A stretch of 64,000 nucleotides of DNA, from positions 13,640,001-13,704,000 of the forward strand of contig OZ059894.1 in the NCBI GenBank assembly GCA_964057225.1. The letters are read 5' to 3'. The first letter of the stretch is position 1. Every line of letters begins with the position of its first letter. Shown here piece after piece: positions 12,220-25,383 of the stretch. The notes under the pieces were generated by a model. The model saw only the letters and a program-made list of their open reading frames with translations, made no database searches and was not told where the DNA came from. A program made the position numbers and the translations under genes. Origin of the DNA: Auanema rhodensis. Lineage: Eukaryota; Animalia; Nematoda.

Positions 12220-15200
12220 CTATCCTCTGAGCCAAGTCATAATTCGTTTACTTGCCGTTAACGGTCCTTCCGATCCACGGATGAAATTGCTTACACGATC
12301 CAGGGTTAGGGAGTTATATCGTTCCTCGTCTTCCCTTCTGAAAATTCGAATGTTTAATACATGAAATTTTTTTAAGAATATATACAGCTGCTCCTCAGTT
12401 GCAAACAACATTTTCATCAAATCTTCTTTTCGATCAATTGCCTCCAAATACGACTTCATTACACGATCAGTTCTTTCCTTTTCATCCAAAGATTTGTAAT
12501 AATCTAAAAGCAAAAACACATACAGAATTTTTAGAATACGCCTTACCATCGTCGTCATCTGTACTAGCAATATCCACTAATTCTTTATTTAATTTCTCAA
12601 TATCTCTTGCTACTTGTCTGCAAAGGTATAAAAAATAATGAAGATATTTTAATAATGAAATTACCTTATATTTTCAATAATATTGAAATATTCTTGTTGG
12701 CCAACCAAAGAATTTTTCTCTTCAGTTAGACGGAGGTAGGTTTCTAAAAGCATTTCTTCTTCAGAGCTTCCTTTTTCTGAAACAAATAAATTAGGAAGAG
12801 CGCAATTTCATTTATAAAACAATAAAAATTATTATTATTTATTATTATTTAATATTATTTAATTATAAAGATATTCGTTACGGTTTGAAAATTCAAGATT
12901 ATTACCTGTTTCGCGAATTTTATTTTGAATAGCATCCGCTTGTTGGGTTATATCAGCCAAACGAGTAGTGATCTCCTCCTGCTTCTTTTGGCAGCCCTCT
13001 TCATCTTCAACATCGCGCTATAATCAAGGGTTTTAGAATAGGAAATCATATATTTGAATACCTCCCACTGTAGTTTATCAATTTTTTTTGTTGGAGTAGC
13101 GTGCTCATTCAACGACAGTTGGGATCCTCTCAGTGGATCTTGCATCTAAATTATACATATTATACAGAATCTTCTAGTTAAACGTTATAGTTCTCATCAT
13201 AAACATAAACAAATAATAATGTTGTACAAATTGTTAGTATGAACATAGAAAAAACAATAACACACAACGGACTTACAAGTTGAAAAACCAAAAATGTTAA
13301 TGAACTTACTCCGTAATTCTTCGCTATTTGAGAAATACTTTCCCTTAGTTCTTGTCCTCGCATACTACCGAATCGCCTAACGCGATCAAAAGCAGTTACT
13401 CCAGCATCGACATTTTGCTACAACCACAATGGATACACACAACACAAACAAAAGGAAATTAAATAACAGAACCATCACAACATATGTATGAGAAAACTGA
13501 TAAATAAAAATATGAAAAAGCGTACCTTTATTTTATCACTGAGCATTTGTGTTGGTCTCCCCATGGCCGGAATAATTGGACTATCAAATTCATCTGAAAA
13601 CAAAACTATGAGCACAATCCCCGTGATAACTATTTCAAACTAAAGAGAAATACAGAACAAGAACAATTGAACTTAATATTACATTGCTTCCTCTGAAGAA
13701 CTGGTGAAGGGTCCCTCTTTTTGAACGACTGTATAGTTACAGAAGGTCGAACTAATTCTAAACACACATCACTACAACAATAAGCACTAATAATCCTTGA
13801 TACCAATTTTCCGAAGATCTGTGGAAGAGCCACCCAGTGAAGTTCTAGACCGAGTGGAAGCGGAACGATTTAAGTTAGATCTCACTCCAGTTGAACATAA
13901 AAGTCACAAACAATATATCAACACTTGTGCATGCATGTAAGCGATAGGTAAACAAACTTACTAGAACTAGTATTAGCTGGTGTATTCACAGCATTCTGAA
14001 TTAGTCTCCTGGCTTCCACTCTCCGTTTTTCGCTATCAGCACTCTGTAATTCAGTCAAAATTAGACTAAGATGTTATATGTGATAAACATTTGTCTCAGT
14101 TACAGCTTGCATAGGATTCTCCAACATTTGTTTAGCTTTCAAACGCAGTTGCTCTTGCTTCGATGGACTAATCGACCGCCCCTTGAATTAAAAATATATT
14201 AATAAATGAAGCAATATGGCACGTACAGATGATCGTATGCTCGATAATCGTGGTGTGGCTAAGCTAAATGTAGGAAGATCATTGTTGCTAAAAATAAAAA
14301 GCTATAGATGAAGAATATAATTTTAAACAAACTTATCGGTATGACCAGCAGTTTCCGCATCTTCATCAGCTGACTCAACATCTTCACTATCTTTAGCATG
14401 AACCTGATAAAAAAAAATGAATACATTTTTAATAAACATTTAAATACCGAATCAACAAATTCGTCTTCATTGGCTTCTCTTTTTTGCTTCATCCTTCTAA
14501 TTTCATCAATAACTTTCATTTCAGATTCGGACACTGGGAACAATTGGGATATTCGATGGTCAGAAACAGTAGTCGTGGGTGTTGAATGATCAGTGATTCC
14601 TTCGAACGCACGACGCATACTGAAAAAAATATATAATATTAAGAAGAAAATGACAACTAACCGTTCCAATAATGAGAAAATTACTTTTTTATCAGGGGTT
14701 AATATATAACTCTCGTCTGGGATATCATTTAAGCCAATTAATTGAGCAGATGCTAATACCTTCAATTTAAAAATTATTCAACAAACTTCAAGCAATCTCA
14801 TACCTTTTTAACATTATTCTTCCGTCCATGCATAGAATCCGAAAAATCTAATCCATCGTAATCAATAAGATCAGATCTGTAGGCATGAAGAATAGCACAC
14901 AGAGCAAGCCCATTTTGCCAGCATTTTCTAAAATGGATAAATAAGGTACATTATTCTGAATAGAAAACTAACGCAGTGTCATTTAACTTTACATTATAAT
15001 AACCGGATGTTACCCGTTTGGCCCATGCTTGCAAGTCTTCTCCTTCAACCTTTTCAAGTTTCCTTTCTCTAGAAGGTGCTCGTGGAGAATGTGACCGTCT
15101 ATATAGATAATTTGGTATTATAAACATGTACTGAACAAGCACTCACGTCCTTGCAGTTGGTAGTGGTTCAGGTGTTAATCCTAACTTGGTTGGAACAAAA

Positions 15201-16428
15201 ACGGGTTGACTTTTTTCATTTACCTACACAATTAACAGTTTAAACTCATTTTGGACTCGTAAAAACCTTGAAAAATGCTTCTGTTGAAATATTCAACGAC
15301 TCTTGAACAGTGGGCTCTTTGGGAACAGTGCTGGTAACTCTCCATGGAGGTCTCTCCCTGCTCACTATAAAGAAATATGTAACAGTGCAAAGAAAGACAT
15401 AATTCAAGTAAATTAGAAAGCAAAAAATATCATATATAAAATTACCTTCTGGTTCTGTTTTAATTTTTTCTTCCCTTAACTCTGGAAGGATATCAGGACT
15501 ATTATCACTCCACTGCTTGATGTTCTCAGAAACAGCTGCAATCTCCTGGCCAGCTGATTGTAATACTTAAATCTTATGTACAAAGTGTAAAAAGATAATA
15601 ACAAACTCGAATCCTTTTGTTCATGGCTACCATCCGTTACGCTAATCTCTCTGTTGTTTTTTTCAGGTTGCGATATAGAAGAAGCCGTACTGATGTCATC
15701 TCTACTAGAATTTAGAAAATATAAATTAATAAATAGTAGTTAATACGTACAATCCTTCCTTCACTAAGTTACTACTCAGAACAATTTCCAAAGAGCAATG
15801 AGTTAAATGAATACAGAGGGGACGTAATTTTAATTTAACTTGGGTGCGCTGATCGGGAGCATCCATAATAAATAGGCGAATATTCAACGATACAGCAGCA
15901 ATCGGACGACGTTTTCCTTTTTTATTAATTTCTTCAACAACTATAGTCCATTCCTGGGATAGAAATAATTATTATGAGTAAATTTTAGAAACATACCTTA
16001 TCATCAAAAGCATCATCTGTGGTAGATCTATATAAAGTTGTAAGAATATCAACATGTTCAGGAGCTTGTTCTGGCCAAACTATAACAGTTTGTTCAGGCT
16101 TACTGAAGGAAGGTTCCCATTGCCGCTCACGAGAAGTTATCTTTCGCCGCCTAAATCAGGAAAATAAAATAATGAAAAAACGGAGAGCAACCGCAAAAAC
16201 GCAAATTGCAATAAAAATGACTGATGTATGGATGAATTCGCGTTGTATTCATATCAGAAAGAAATTTTAAAAGACCAATGTTTACCTGTGCATAAAAGAA
16301 ACCAGGATAGTTTCAGGCTTATTAGCTTCATCATCCACTGCTAAGCGAAGTTCTTGAAGAGCCGCTGTGAAACGATATTTAGCTGCTTTTTTATTAGTAC
16401 GCCGCAGTCTTCTCACAATACCAGACAT
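12220..16428 (-). CDS. ehbp-1: EH domain-binding protein 1 (NT-C2, calponin-homology, C-terminal bMERB coiled coil), multi-exon
   Basis: N-terminus MSGIVRRLRRTNKKAAKYRFTAALQEL and FDDKEWTIVVEEINKKGKRRPIAAVSLNI mark the NT-C2 domain. CH domain: LQAWAKRVTSGY...GLALCAILH. C-terminal coiled coil ends KRIMTWLRG*. Confidence 0.92.
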
Positions 16429-16836
16429 TATAACTGCATTATTGTATTGATAAACATAACTAAAAAAAAATACTGAGAAGTTATACAATGAAAGCTGTTT
16501 AATGGCAAGATGTTTTAAACGAGAAAACTGAACCCAACCGCACCCATTAACCAATCAATAAAGTATACTTATTCAGATTCGTCATTGTTTTTCATTCAAA
16601 AACAAAAATTAAATATTCAAAATTAAATAATATAAAATATTACAATATAGTTAACATAATGCATGTACACTATTAGCATAATATTACAAGACTTTGTATA
16701 ATTAATGTGGGACAGTAAAGGTTTCCGTCCGAGACTTTTTTAGCCGTAGAGCATTTAAACGAAAACAATGTCTTGTAAGTTTTTAATTCATTTTAGTTTT
16801 CCTGAATTTCTTTTTTGAACTTTAAGTAAAGCGTTT
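16429..16836. promoter_or_regulatory. ~400 bp bidirectional promoter region between divergent ehbp-1 and RAP
   Basis: Start codons at 16428 (-) and 16837 (+) face away from each other, with a small GC-richer core at ~16705-16750. Confidence 0.6.
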
Positions 16837-18195
16837 ATGAAGCATCTTCTATTCTATATTCTTTTGATATGCATTTCATTCGCATATGCATCAGCAAGAA
16901 ACTATCGTTCTGCTAAGATAAATTTTGTTTATAACAAGGCTTCTCACCATATTAGTGACAAGAAGCGACTAACTAAATTAGAGGTAAGTAAAGTAATACA
17001 TAAATTTAACCAAATATATATTTTATATAATTATTACTTTTCTTGATTTCACAAAATTAAAAGAAATGATATTCAATGAAAAATTTTAGGATGAGTTGGT
17101 CAAATTTGATAATATGTATATGGACAGCAAAGATAAAACTTTAACAGGAAAAGGGAAAGACAAGGACATGGAAATAATTGATCAAAAATTATTTGCTTTA
17201 TTAGAACGATTTGACTTGCATATAACGAGTGAAACTTTTAAAGAGGTATGTAACTATTTTTAAAATATTAAGGAGCATTGAACACAATATTCAAAAACAT
17301 TAAAATTTTTGTTCTATTTTAAGAAAATGAAACACATGAATTTGTTCAAACGCGAGCTGGGGGATGTTCTATCAAAAACGTTTGATGATAAGGACATCCA
17401 TAAGATATGGAGCAAAGTAGTAGCTTCTGATATTCCAGAAGATTATAAATTAGGTACCTGATCAACTTTTTTCATGCTAATATTTTTTATCAGGATTGCA
17501 CGATCGATTAGATAAATTGTACAAAAAACTTACTCAGTTTCAAAGTGAAAGAGATTTATTAGATGAAGTAAATTGCTTTGAATGTTTTTTACTTTTACTC
17601 GTATTGTTTTTAGGAACACCACGAGAATTCTGTTCATTTGAATGAAGACGTTGATTCAAAGGTTTCTTTCACTTTTCGTATCCTGATTTTCTTTTATCTT
17701 TTAGAGAAAGATTACCGATCAGAATATGAATGATGTCCGAAATGAAATAAAGCATATACGCGACGAAGTTAATGTAGAAATAGAAAATCCTTTTGAGGAT
17801 GAGCACATTCGCAGCTTATGGAGAAAGGTGTATTTATTTTTCCTTTCTTTCATACATTATCTTTAAAGACTCAACTCGATAAGAAACTATCACGTAAAGA
17901 TCTTGAGGAACTGAAAGGTCATTTGGAATATTTTGATCATAGCTTCAAAAAAAGAAGTTATATCAAGGTATTTTTTGAATTTTTACTTCAAACGCCTATA
18001 TTGTTATAGAAGGAGCTAGATGCATCCCCTGATGGGAAAAAAATGTATGCTGAAGACGAAGACCTAAAAACTAAATATGAAGAATTAGACAGGTGTAAAG
18101 TGATTTGCTTCTATATTTCTTATCATTCTTTCTTTAGGACTTTTACGAAAGCTCTGTCTTACCTGAAAGAAAAGTACAAACATACAGAGTTATAA
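16837..18195 (+). CDS. Alpha-2-macroglobulin receptor-associated protein (RAP/LRPAP1-like ER chaperone for LDL-receptor family), multi-exon
   Basis: Signal peptide MKHLLFYILLICISFAYA, then YRSAKINFVYNKA (RAP D1-like) and NPFEDEHIRSLWRK...ELKGHLEYFD (D3-like). C-terminal ER-retention signal HTEL* at 18181-18195. Confidence 0.85.
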
Positions 18196-18622
18196 GAAGT
18201 TTTCATAATCTTATCATTACTTATTTATTATAATGTATTTTCTTAGCACGTCTATATCTTATCATCTTGTTTTTAGTTAGTGCTCAAATGATATATGTTG
18301 TGATATAAGAGAACTGTGAAGATTACATACTGGTTTCTGGGGTGAGACCCACCTACTCTTGAATAGCGTGCCTAATGATATGACGTCGTCTGTTTCTTCT
18401 TAGCATTTGTTTACTTCTACGGAATTCTCTATTGTCTATTATATGTTTTCCTAGTCTGCATAAGATTAATATATTTAATTTTTTGATAAGGATGCATTGA
18501 ATAAAAGAATATTCTTATCAATATTTTCAGTTTCCTTTAATCACTTAGGTTCAGCACTCCTATACTGTTCAGTTCACTTCTGTATAACGTTTTTCTTGAA
18601 TTTTGTAGGTGCTGTCAACAAG

Positions 18623-18913
18623 ATGTTCGAGAATATCAGATCTTTCATCAGCAGAAAGCGCCCAGCTGAGGATGTGCTCGTTGTTTTAGACCTTTCTCAA
18701 AAGGAAAATCAATTTGCTCCTCCTCGTAGGATTCCTGACTATAATTTGAAGTTTTTAACTTTGATACTTGTAGAGAAGAAGGAGAGACCGGTTCAAAAAG
18801 TTTGCCTCAAATGTTTAGCTGGCGAAGGCGGGCACATTACTCATATTCTAAGTGAAGTTCCCAAGGTAATTTCTTTTAAACAAAGTTTTAGTTAAGTGTT
18901 GCAATTTCAGTAA
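18623..18913 (+). CDS. 65-aa microprotein with C-x2-C-x6-H-x2-H motif, C10orf143-like (exons 18623-18725, 18774-18865, stop-only exon 18911-18913)
   Basis: Acceptor TTTTGTAG at 18608 and GT-AG introns give MFENIRSFISRKRPAEDVLVVLDLSQKENQFAPPQKKERPVQKVCLKCLAGEGGHITHILSEVPK*. AATAAA at ~19162. Confidence 0.75.
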
Positions 18914-19261
18914 ACCATTATTTGTTTTGTGTATATTCTGTGAAAACTGTATATTTCATGTTCTGTGTTATTATTCAAATCTCGAAGTATTACCGTGAGG
19001 TTTTATTATTTTCTTATTAGTTCTCCCACGAACTTTTGGTTTACTCTTAATTTCCCTTTCTTCCTACATACAATGTTTCATTTTGTTGGTTCCTCAACAA
19101 ATCTGTTGTGGTATTTTTGTAGTTATCGTCCGTCAAATCGTGATTGTTGTGTTTACGAAACAATAAAAAAATTTCGTTTTCTATAGTATTACCCGTTTTA
19201 GACATCATTTATTTCTTTTTCATTAGAAAGTAATTGCATGTATAATTTGAGCGTATTTTGG

Positions 19262-21678
19262 TTAGAAACATTGACTTTCGATAAAATGCTTAAAGGAATT
19301 TTTGTTTTCTTCTCTCATTTCGTTGTAGTATTTATGAATTTTCAACTCTTCCAATTGGCACTTGGTCAGAACAAATTTTGTTGCCATTATCTAAAAACGT
19401 ATTGGACATCATCAGTAAAATATCTTTCCTCTAAGCTTCTTGCATATTACTTACTTGTATTTGAAACAAATTATATCGATAGGCGAGAAGAAGAATAGTT
19501 TCTTCAGTTAAATCAGAAATTTCATATGAAGTTAGAAATTTTTCTGCAGCATTTTTGACTGTTTCAACTTGATATTTTTCTGCTAAATACAGCATAGCTT
19601 CCACATTATTTTCTTAAAAAAAAAGAAATGAAATCATTAACTGACTAGTTCAAACCGTTTGGAATAAAATCGAAATTGTATATAATGGACAAGAAATCAT
19701 AGAATTCAGTTGTATTGCAATCATCTAGTGATAATACTTTTTCTGAAAAATAACAAAAAGATTATTACTTTCAAAATAATAGAAGTATACTATCTTGTTC
19801 TGATGTCTGAAAAAGTTTTATGTATTTATTTTTTAAAATCTTAACAAACCGTGGATTGTTGAATGATATTTTTGAAAACACATGAATGAATGCACAATAT
19901 CTGTAATCGCAAACATTTATATTAAATTTGTTTAAATACTAAGCTTGACTATGACTGAACAAAATCTCTCCAGTCTGAAGATAAATAATTAAGTCAGAAT
20001 TTTCTAAATTAGGATTTCTAAAATCACAGAGAGGTGAGCATCTGGAAACATCACATATTTCTGTATGAATATATATTAATATATTACTGGAATCCCATAA
20101 CTTGATTGATTCTTAAACCCAATTCAAGCTGAACGCTACCAATTTTGAAAAGAGTATCAAGAATGGGCAGACTATATGTACTCAAAACACAATAATCAGA
20201 ATTTCCTTTGCTATGAAAATTCATATTATATGTCTGTAATGCTCTTATTTACAAAGCTGCCAAAACTATCATAAAGATGTGTACATTATGAATTACTGAA
20301 GATTTAGGTCCTTCAGCTGATTTCACCATTATTTCACAATCAGCGTTTATTGACCATGATTTCGGTGCGTCAATGCCGGGTATGGCTTGCAAACGTACTA
20401 CTCTATTTTCATTAGGGTTAATTAGTATTTTCCTATAAATAATAAAGAAAGAACTTGATATAGTATTGTCCTTACCATCTTAATGGCCCTGTGGTGAAAT
20501 GGTGGCTAGTGTCTGGCTTGTTTGCTTCCTCAGACACATTTCTAATCATGTAATTGTACTTATATGGCATCATATCAGCACTCCTTGAAGATATCAAACT
20601 AACTACCCCACACATCTTATAGATGTTTAAGACAAAGTTACATTTATCTTACTTCAATCCAAAAACTTGAAATTTCGAGAAAGAAATTTCAATTTCCATT
20701 TTCATGCATTCATTTTTTCCTGTCCTGAATATTCCGCCGGGCATAGTAAACAAATCTATCTTCATGAAATCACTTTGATTCTCATGTTCATGCGACGATT
20801 CTGCTGTGCCCTATATTGAATGTTAAAGTCTCGAGAGTAATAAATTGATTAAACTTCTTTAACTAGATGAAGATCTCCCAAAGACTTTGTTGCGATTTTG
20901 GCTTTGTAATCTGTTTCAATTTTACTTAAATTATCAATTAATTCTGTATTTGATGGATATACTAATAGACATATTTGAAAATAATTATCGTTATCTGGTT
21001 GTGATCTGGCTGCTAATTTTCTGAATAAGAAATAAATTATAGTGTGTTTAACAAAAAATACGAACAATTGGAGATTTTTATGCTCAATGTATTTCGACAT
21101 AGAAAAGGATGAGCTTATTTTTTGAAAACAATGCGAAATACTGAAGCCTGTATCTCTGAAAACGATTAATATTATGGTTGAAGAATTGTATAATAGTAAT
21201 AGTAACCTTAATCCTATCAATTTTGTTATATTAAGATCGGCTTCGACAATGATTCGATCATCAATAAAATATCCAGCTTTTAATTTATCGATAGATATTG
21301 GAAGCCAACAATGATTCCAAAATATATTATGTGGAAATAGTCGAGCACCAGCTCTGTTAAAGAATAAGCCATCTTTTTTTATAATCATGTCAGCAACATC
21401 ACTTTGTTGAGACTTTATTTTGAAAATACAGTCCGCAGTGATATTCCATAAATGGGGTAACTCATGAGTTGGTTTACCAGATATAGAAAATAGAAAATGA
21501 TCTTCTCTATTCATATTTTCTCCACGAATAGATAATTGCCTAGAAGTACTGTATACTTTATAAACATGTTTGTGCATTACCAACTAATAGAATTTTTCAT
21601 AACAATGTCTGAAAACTTCACAATGTTGTGGCTTATACTATCAAATTGGGTGAATGTGTAAGAAAATGACAAATGCAT
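19262..21678 (-). CDS. Divergent multi-MATH plus BTB domain protein (bath/math-like Cul3 adaptor), multi-exon
   Basis: MATH-like segments (WNITADCIFKI...GYFIDDRIIVEADLNI; WSINADCEIMV) are followed by a BTB domain (SDLIIYL...LFSHSQILCIHSCVFK...FYDFLSIIY...ENNVEAMLYLAEKYQV). Includes a 16-nt microexon at 19791-19806. Confidence 0.8.
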
Positions 21679-22205
21679 AATGAGCCTGAATAAATAAAAT
21701 TAAAGCAAACTATCGCAACTTTGTCCTAAATTATTTATTGGAAACTATACATGACTATCAAATGTATTTCTTATCTGTACTAAAAAAATCATTAGTAGCA
21801 AGTAGAAATACAATTTTTTAAAAGATATAATTTCAATGTATGAAATTGAGTTACTGAAGCTGAACTAAAGATCAATTGGAATGAGTAACTCGGCAAATAC
21901 TAAACATGACATTATCGCAAAATGAAATGGACACCAGGAAAGTCTGATAAATTTATCTATGTAGAATCATTCATAAAAATTTATCAATATTATAAAATTT
22001 ACTATATTTTATTGATTTAACAGTTCATTAGTATACAAAAAGCTTTATTGTAGATTTGATTTTTCAGATGAAAATAACACAGTGACAAGCTTTTTACTTT
22101 TTCTTAAAATATACTGTTTCAACAATGATATAATTTGTATCTTATAACTAAAAACAATAACAATGTAATAACGAATAACAAACATCAACACAATCAACAA
22201 CATTA

Positions 22206-25200
22206 TTAATTTGTAGGTTTTCTTCCAGATTGACGCAATAGATAATTACGCAAACTTTTTTGTTGATCACGGAAAGATCTTTGTCGGTTCTTTCCACGAA
22301 CTTTATTTTTAACCATATCAAACACTTTGTTCTTAGCCATTTCACGATTAGTTCTTCCAACATGTGGACCCTAGGAAAGTAAATACGAATATTTAGTTAA
22401 CTAAAAATTAACAAAAAACTTACATTCTTTTTAGGCTTTCCAAATTGTCTTTCATCATCACGGCCTTCAGCAATAGTAGCCATTCTCTCTTCTTTTGTTT
22501 GCTTTTTCTTCTTGTGGAATTGTTCAATATCTTTCAGACGTGGTAAACCATCACCTTCACTTCTGAAAACAAAAATAAATAAAAAACAAAACGAAATAAT
22601 TATATCATACTGATTAAGTTTTTCAGACATTGCTTCAATTAAACGAACATCGTCGTTCTTTCTGTTCTTTCCGAGAAGTTTCTTCATTCTCTTTTCTCCA
22701 ATAATTTGTTTCTTTAATTGATATTCTCGAATACGCTTGAACTCTTCCTGAATACATAGATAAAAAATGATCAAAATAGAAAAAACAAACTTGTGTAAGA
22801 ATACGATTTGTACTGATTAATTCAGCCTTCTTTTTCGGGTCTATTTCCGCTTCAACTTGACTAGTGCTACTGACATTCTGGTATTAACATATATTATAAG
22901 AAAGAAAGATATGAGGCTTACCTTCCATTCCTCTTCATCTTCTCCTTCAACTTCTTCCCCTTCGTTATCCGATATTTCTTCTCCTTCCTCATCGTCGTCG
23001 TCGTCGTCATCATCCTCACCATCATCATCATCCTCGTCGTCACCGTCATCTGTCACCCATCCATCTTCATCTAATTCTTCATCATTTTCTTCCTCATTAC
23101 TTTGAGAGCTCTGATAATGGTAATATATAATAAATATAAGATATACAAACTATTTGCTAACCTTTGTTTTTTTCACCTTCTTCATAAGGGGAGCTTCGTC
23201 ATCCGTATCAACCTCGTCCGTGTCAACATCTGAATCAAATATTCAGAATTTTTTAAGGACACCTATCGCCTACCTGATACTTCGATATCGCTATCACTAT
23301 CATCGTTATCGACTTCCATTTCGCCTGTCTCTTCTCTTTCTTCTTCCAGTACCTCTGCACCAGATACGAAATCAGCAACAGCGGGACGAGCGAAACCAAC
23401 AAATTCTTTCTCGTCTTCTCCATCTGTTGGACGTCCTCTGTCTCTTCTGGCCAACAGTTTTGGATTAACTGTACGGAACAATGTAATAATAGCGCGAGCA
23501 GCCATAGAAACATTCTTGTTTTTATAGGTTTTGTACTAAAGAGGAAAATGAAGTAAACAATACAAAAGTGAAACCGACTTCTGCCAAATCTCTCAACAAT
23601 TCTTCGGTTGCAGCAAATGGACAATTATGTAAAATTTCTCTGATTGCATTTATACCCACAGTCATAGCTTCGGGTGAATTTCTGAAAAAAACATGCAAAA
23701 AATGATTTTTTAAATTTACCTTCTTACCTATCAGTAACAAAATTGTTAGCGATTACTTTCACAAGTTGCTCTACAGTGTCTGGAGGTACTAATTCATGGC
23801 AAGCCTGAGCACCATATAAAAGAATTCTAGTAACCTAAGAAATAATTTGTTCAAATTAAATATGGTGAATATTTTACGTCTCTTTGTTTTGGTTGCAGAT
23901 AACGATGCAAATATGAATAAAATCCCAAAGTTACTAAACGGTGAATACCTATAACACGGGCACAAAGAGCTATGCGGAAAAGACGAACCTAAAAAAAACC
24001 TTAAACGAGCCTATATGGAGTTAACCTACTTCAAACTTTTCGACTTTCTTTCCTTCTAACATTCCAAATAATCTATCCACAAACTCCTGAGGATCATATA
24101 AAGACTGAATAGCAAATAAATTACATTCTTTACTTCTACCCTCTGTAAATAAATTAATTTAAGAGCAAATTATGGACTATACATACCTTTCTTCTCTTTT
24201 TTCTTTTTTGAAATAGTTTTCTTAGCTTTATCGAAATCCCTTGTCCTTTTTCTTGTTTTCTTTGCATGACGAAAAGCGGACATGACCTTAGACACCTCGA
24301 TTCAGCAAACAAAAACAGAATAAAACAAACCTCTTTCAAAGATTTAGTATCCTCTTCCTTTTCTTCCACTTCTTCATCACTCTCATCACTACCTCCTTCT
24401 TCATCCTTTTTTGATCCCAAAAAGAATTTCATTGAAGTGACCTATTAAAAAAATGAATAAAAGGACTACATTTCATAAATACTTGAATCTTCGGGATTTT
24501 ATGGAAGCAAGCTTCAGATATAACGTTAGCTGTCTTTGAATCCCTCCAGTACTTCTTACGGAAAGCATCAATGGCCACAAGTTGGGCAGCACGAGCAACG
24601 ATAGCACGTGAATCCTAAGTTGAATAATCAAATGTGTCGATAAAAATTACAAACTTTCATCTTTGCAAATACAAAAGACTGGATTTTGCCTAAGAGTTTC
24701 ATATCTTTCTTCACGTTGTATAACCTCTTAAGATGCGCTGAAATAGCACCAAGAATAAATTTCCTAAAACAGCATTTATTAGAAGAAAAAAGCTGAAATA
24801 AAATACCTTAAATGTTTATCTTCTACTTTGACAAGCTCGAAGAAAAGCTCCATCAACTCCATAGGGTCCATTAAGTTTTGGTTCCTCAACATAACTAAGG
24901 CTTTACAAAATGACATACGAACCTAATAAAATATAAAAATATTTATTATACAAGTAAAACATACGTGAGGATCTAGTCCCGAGCCTTGATCACGGAGAAC
25001 AGATACCATATTTCCTGAGAACTCTTTAGCGTCCTCTTAACATAATAAATCAGTAATATCATAAAAATATAATACTTACTGGGAAAATATTTCGCTAATC
25101 CTGACAAGAAAGTGACACTTTCCAATAATGGTTGAAGTTCCATTCTATGTTGCTGGGGTTGTAAATGCAGCAATTTCATAGTATGAAGATAATGATCGAA

Positions 25201-25383
25201 CTGCTCTCGGAATTCCTGAAAACATTAATTATCAGAATGCTTAATCCAGCTTCGATATACCTCTTGATAAGACTCAGGATCTTTTCTAATAATTTCCATC
25301 ATAAGTCCAAGATTTCTCTCAGACATTGTATAGCGACTAGGTCGCAAGTTAGTAGGTGCTCCAACCATCGCTGCTGTGGCCAT
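22206..25383 (-). CDS. pro-3: SDA1/SDAD1 60S ribosome biogenesis factor, multi-exon
   Basis: Motifs [71 protein letters not shown], an acidic tract, RILTQEEFKRI, and a C-terminal [11 protein letters not shown]. Confidence 0.93.

Noticed and set aside
18290-18410. GC-richer patch between RAP and the microprotein considered as a snoRNA
   Set aside because: No convincing C/D or H/ACA boxes. It lies upstream of the AATAAA at 18500, so it is more simply RAP 3'UTR.
22857-23105. Poly-serine ORF on the + strand
   Set aside because: Antisense of the Asp/Glu-rich exon of SDA1.
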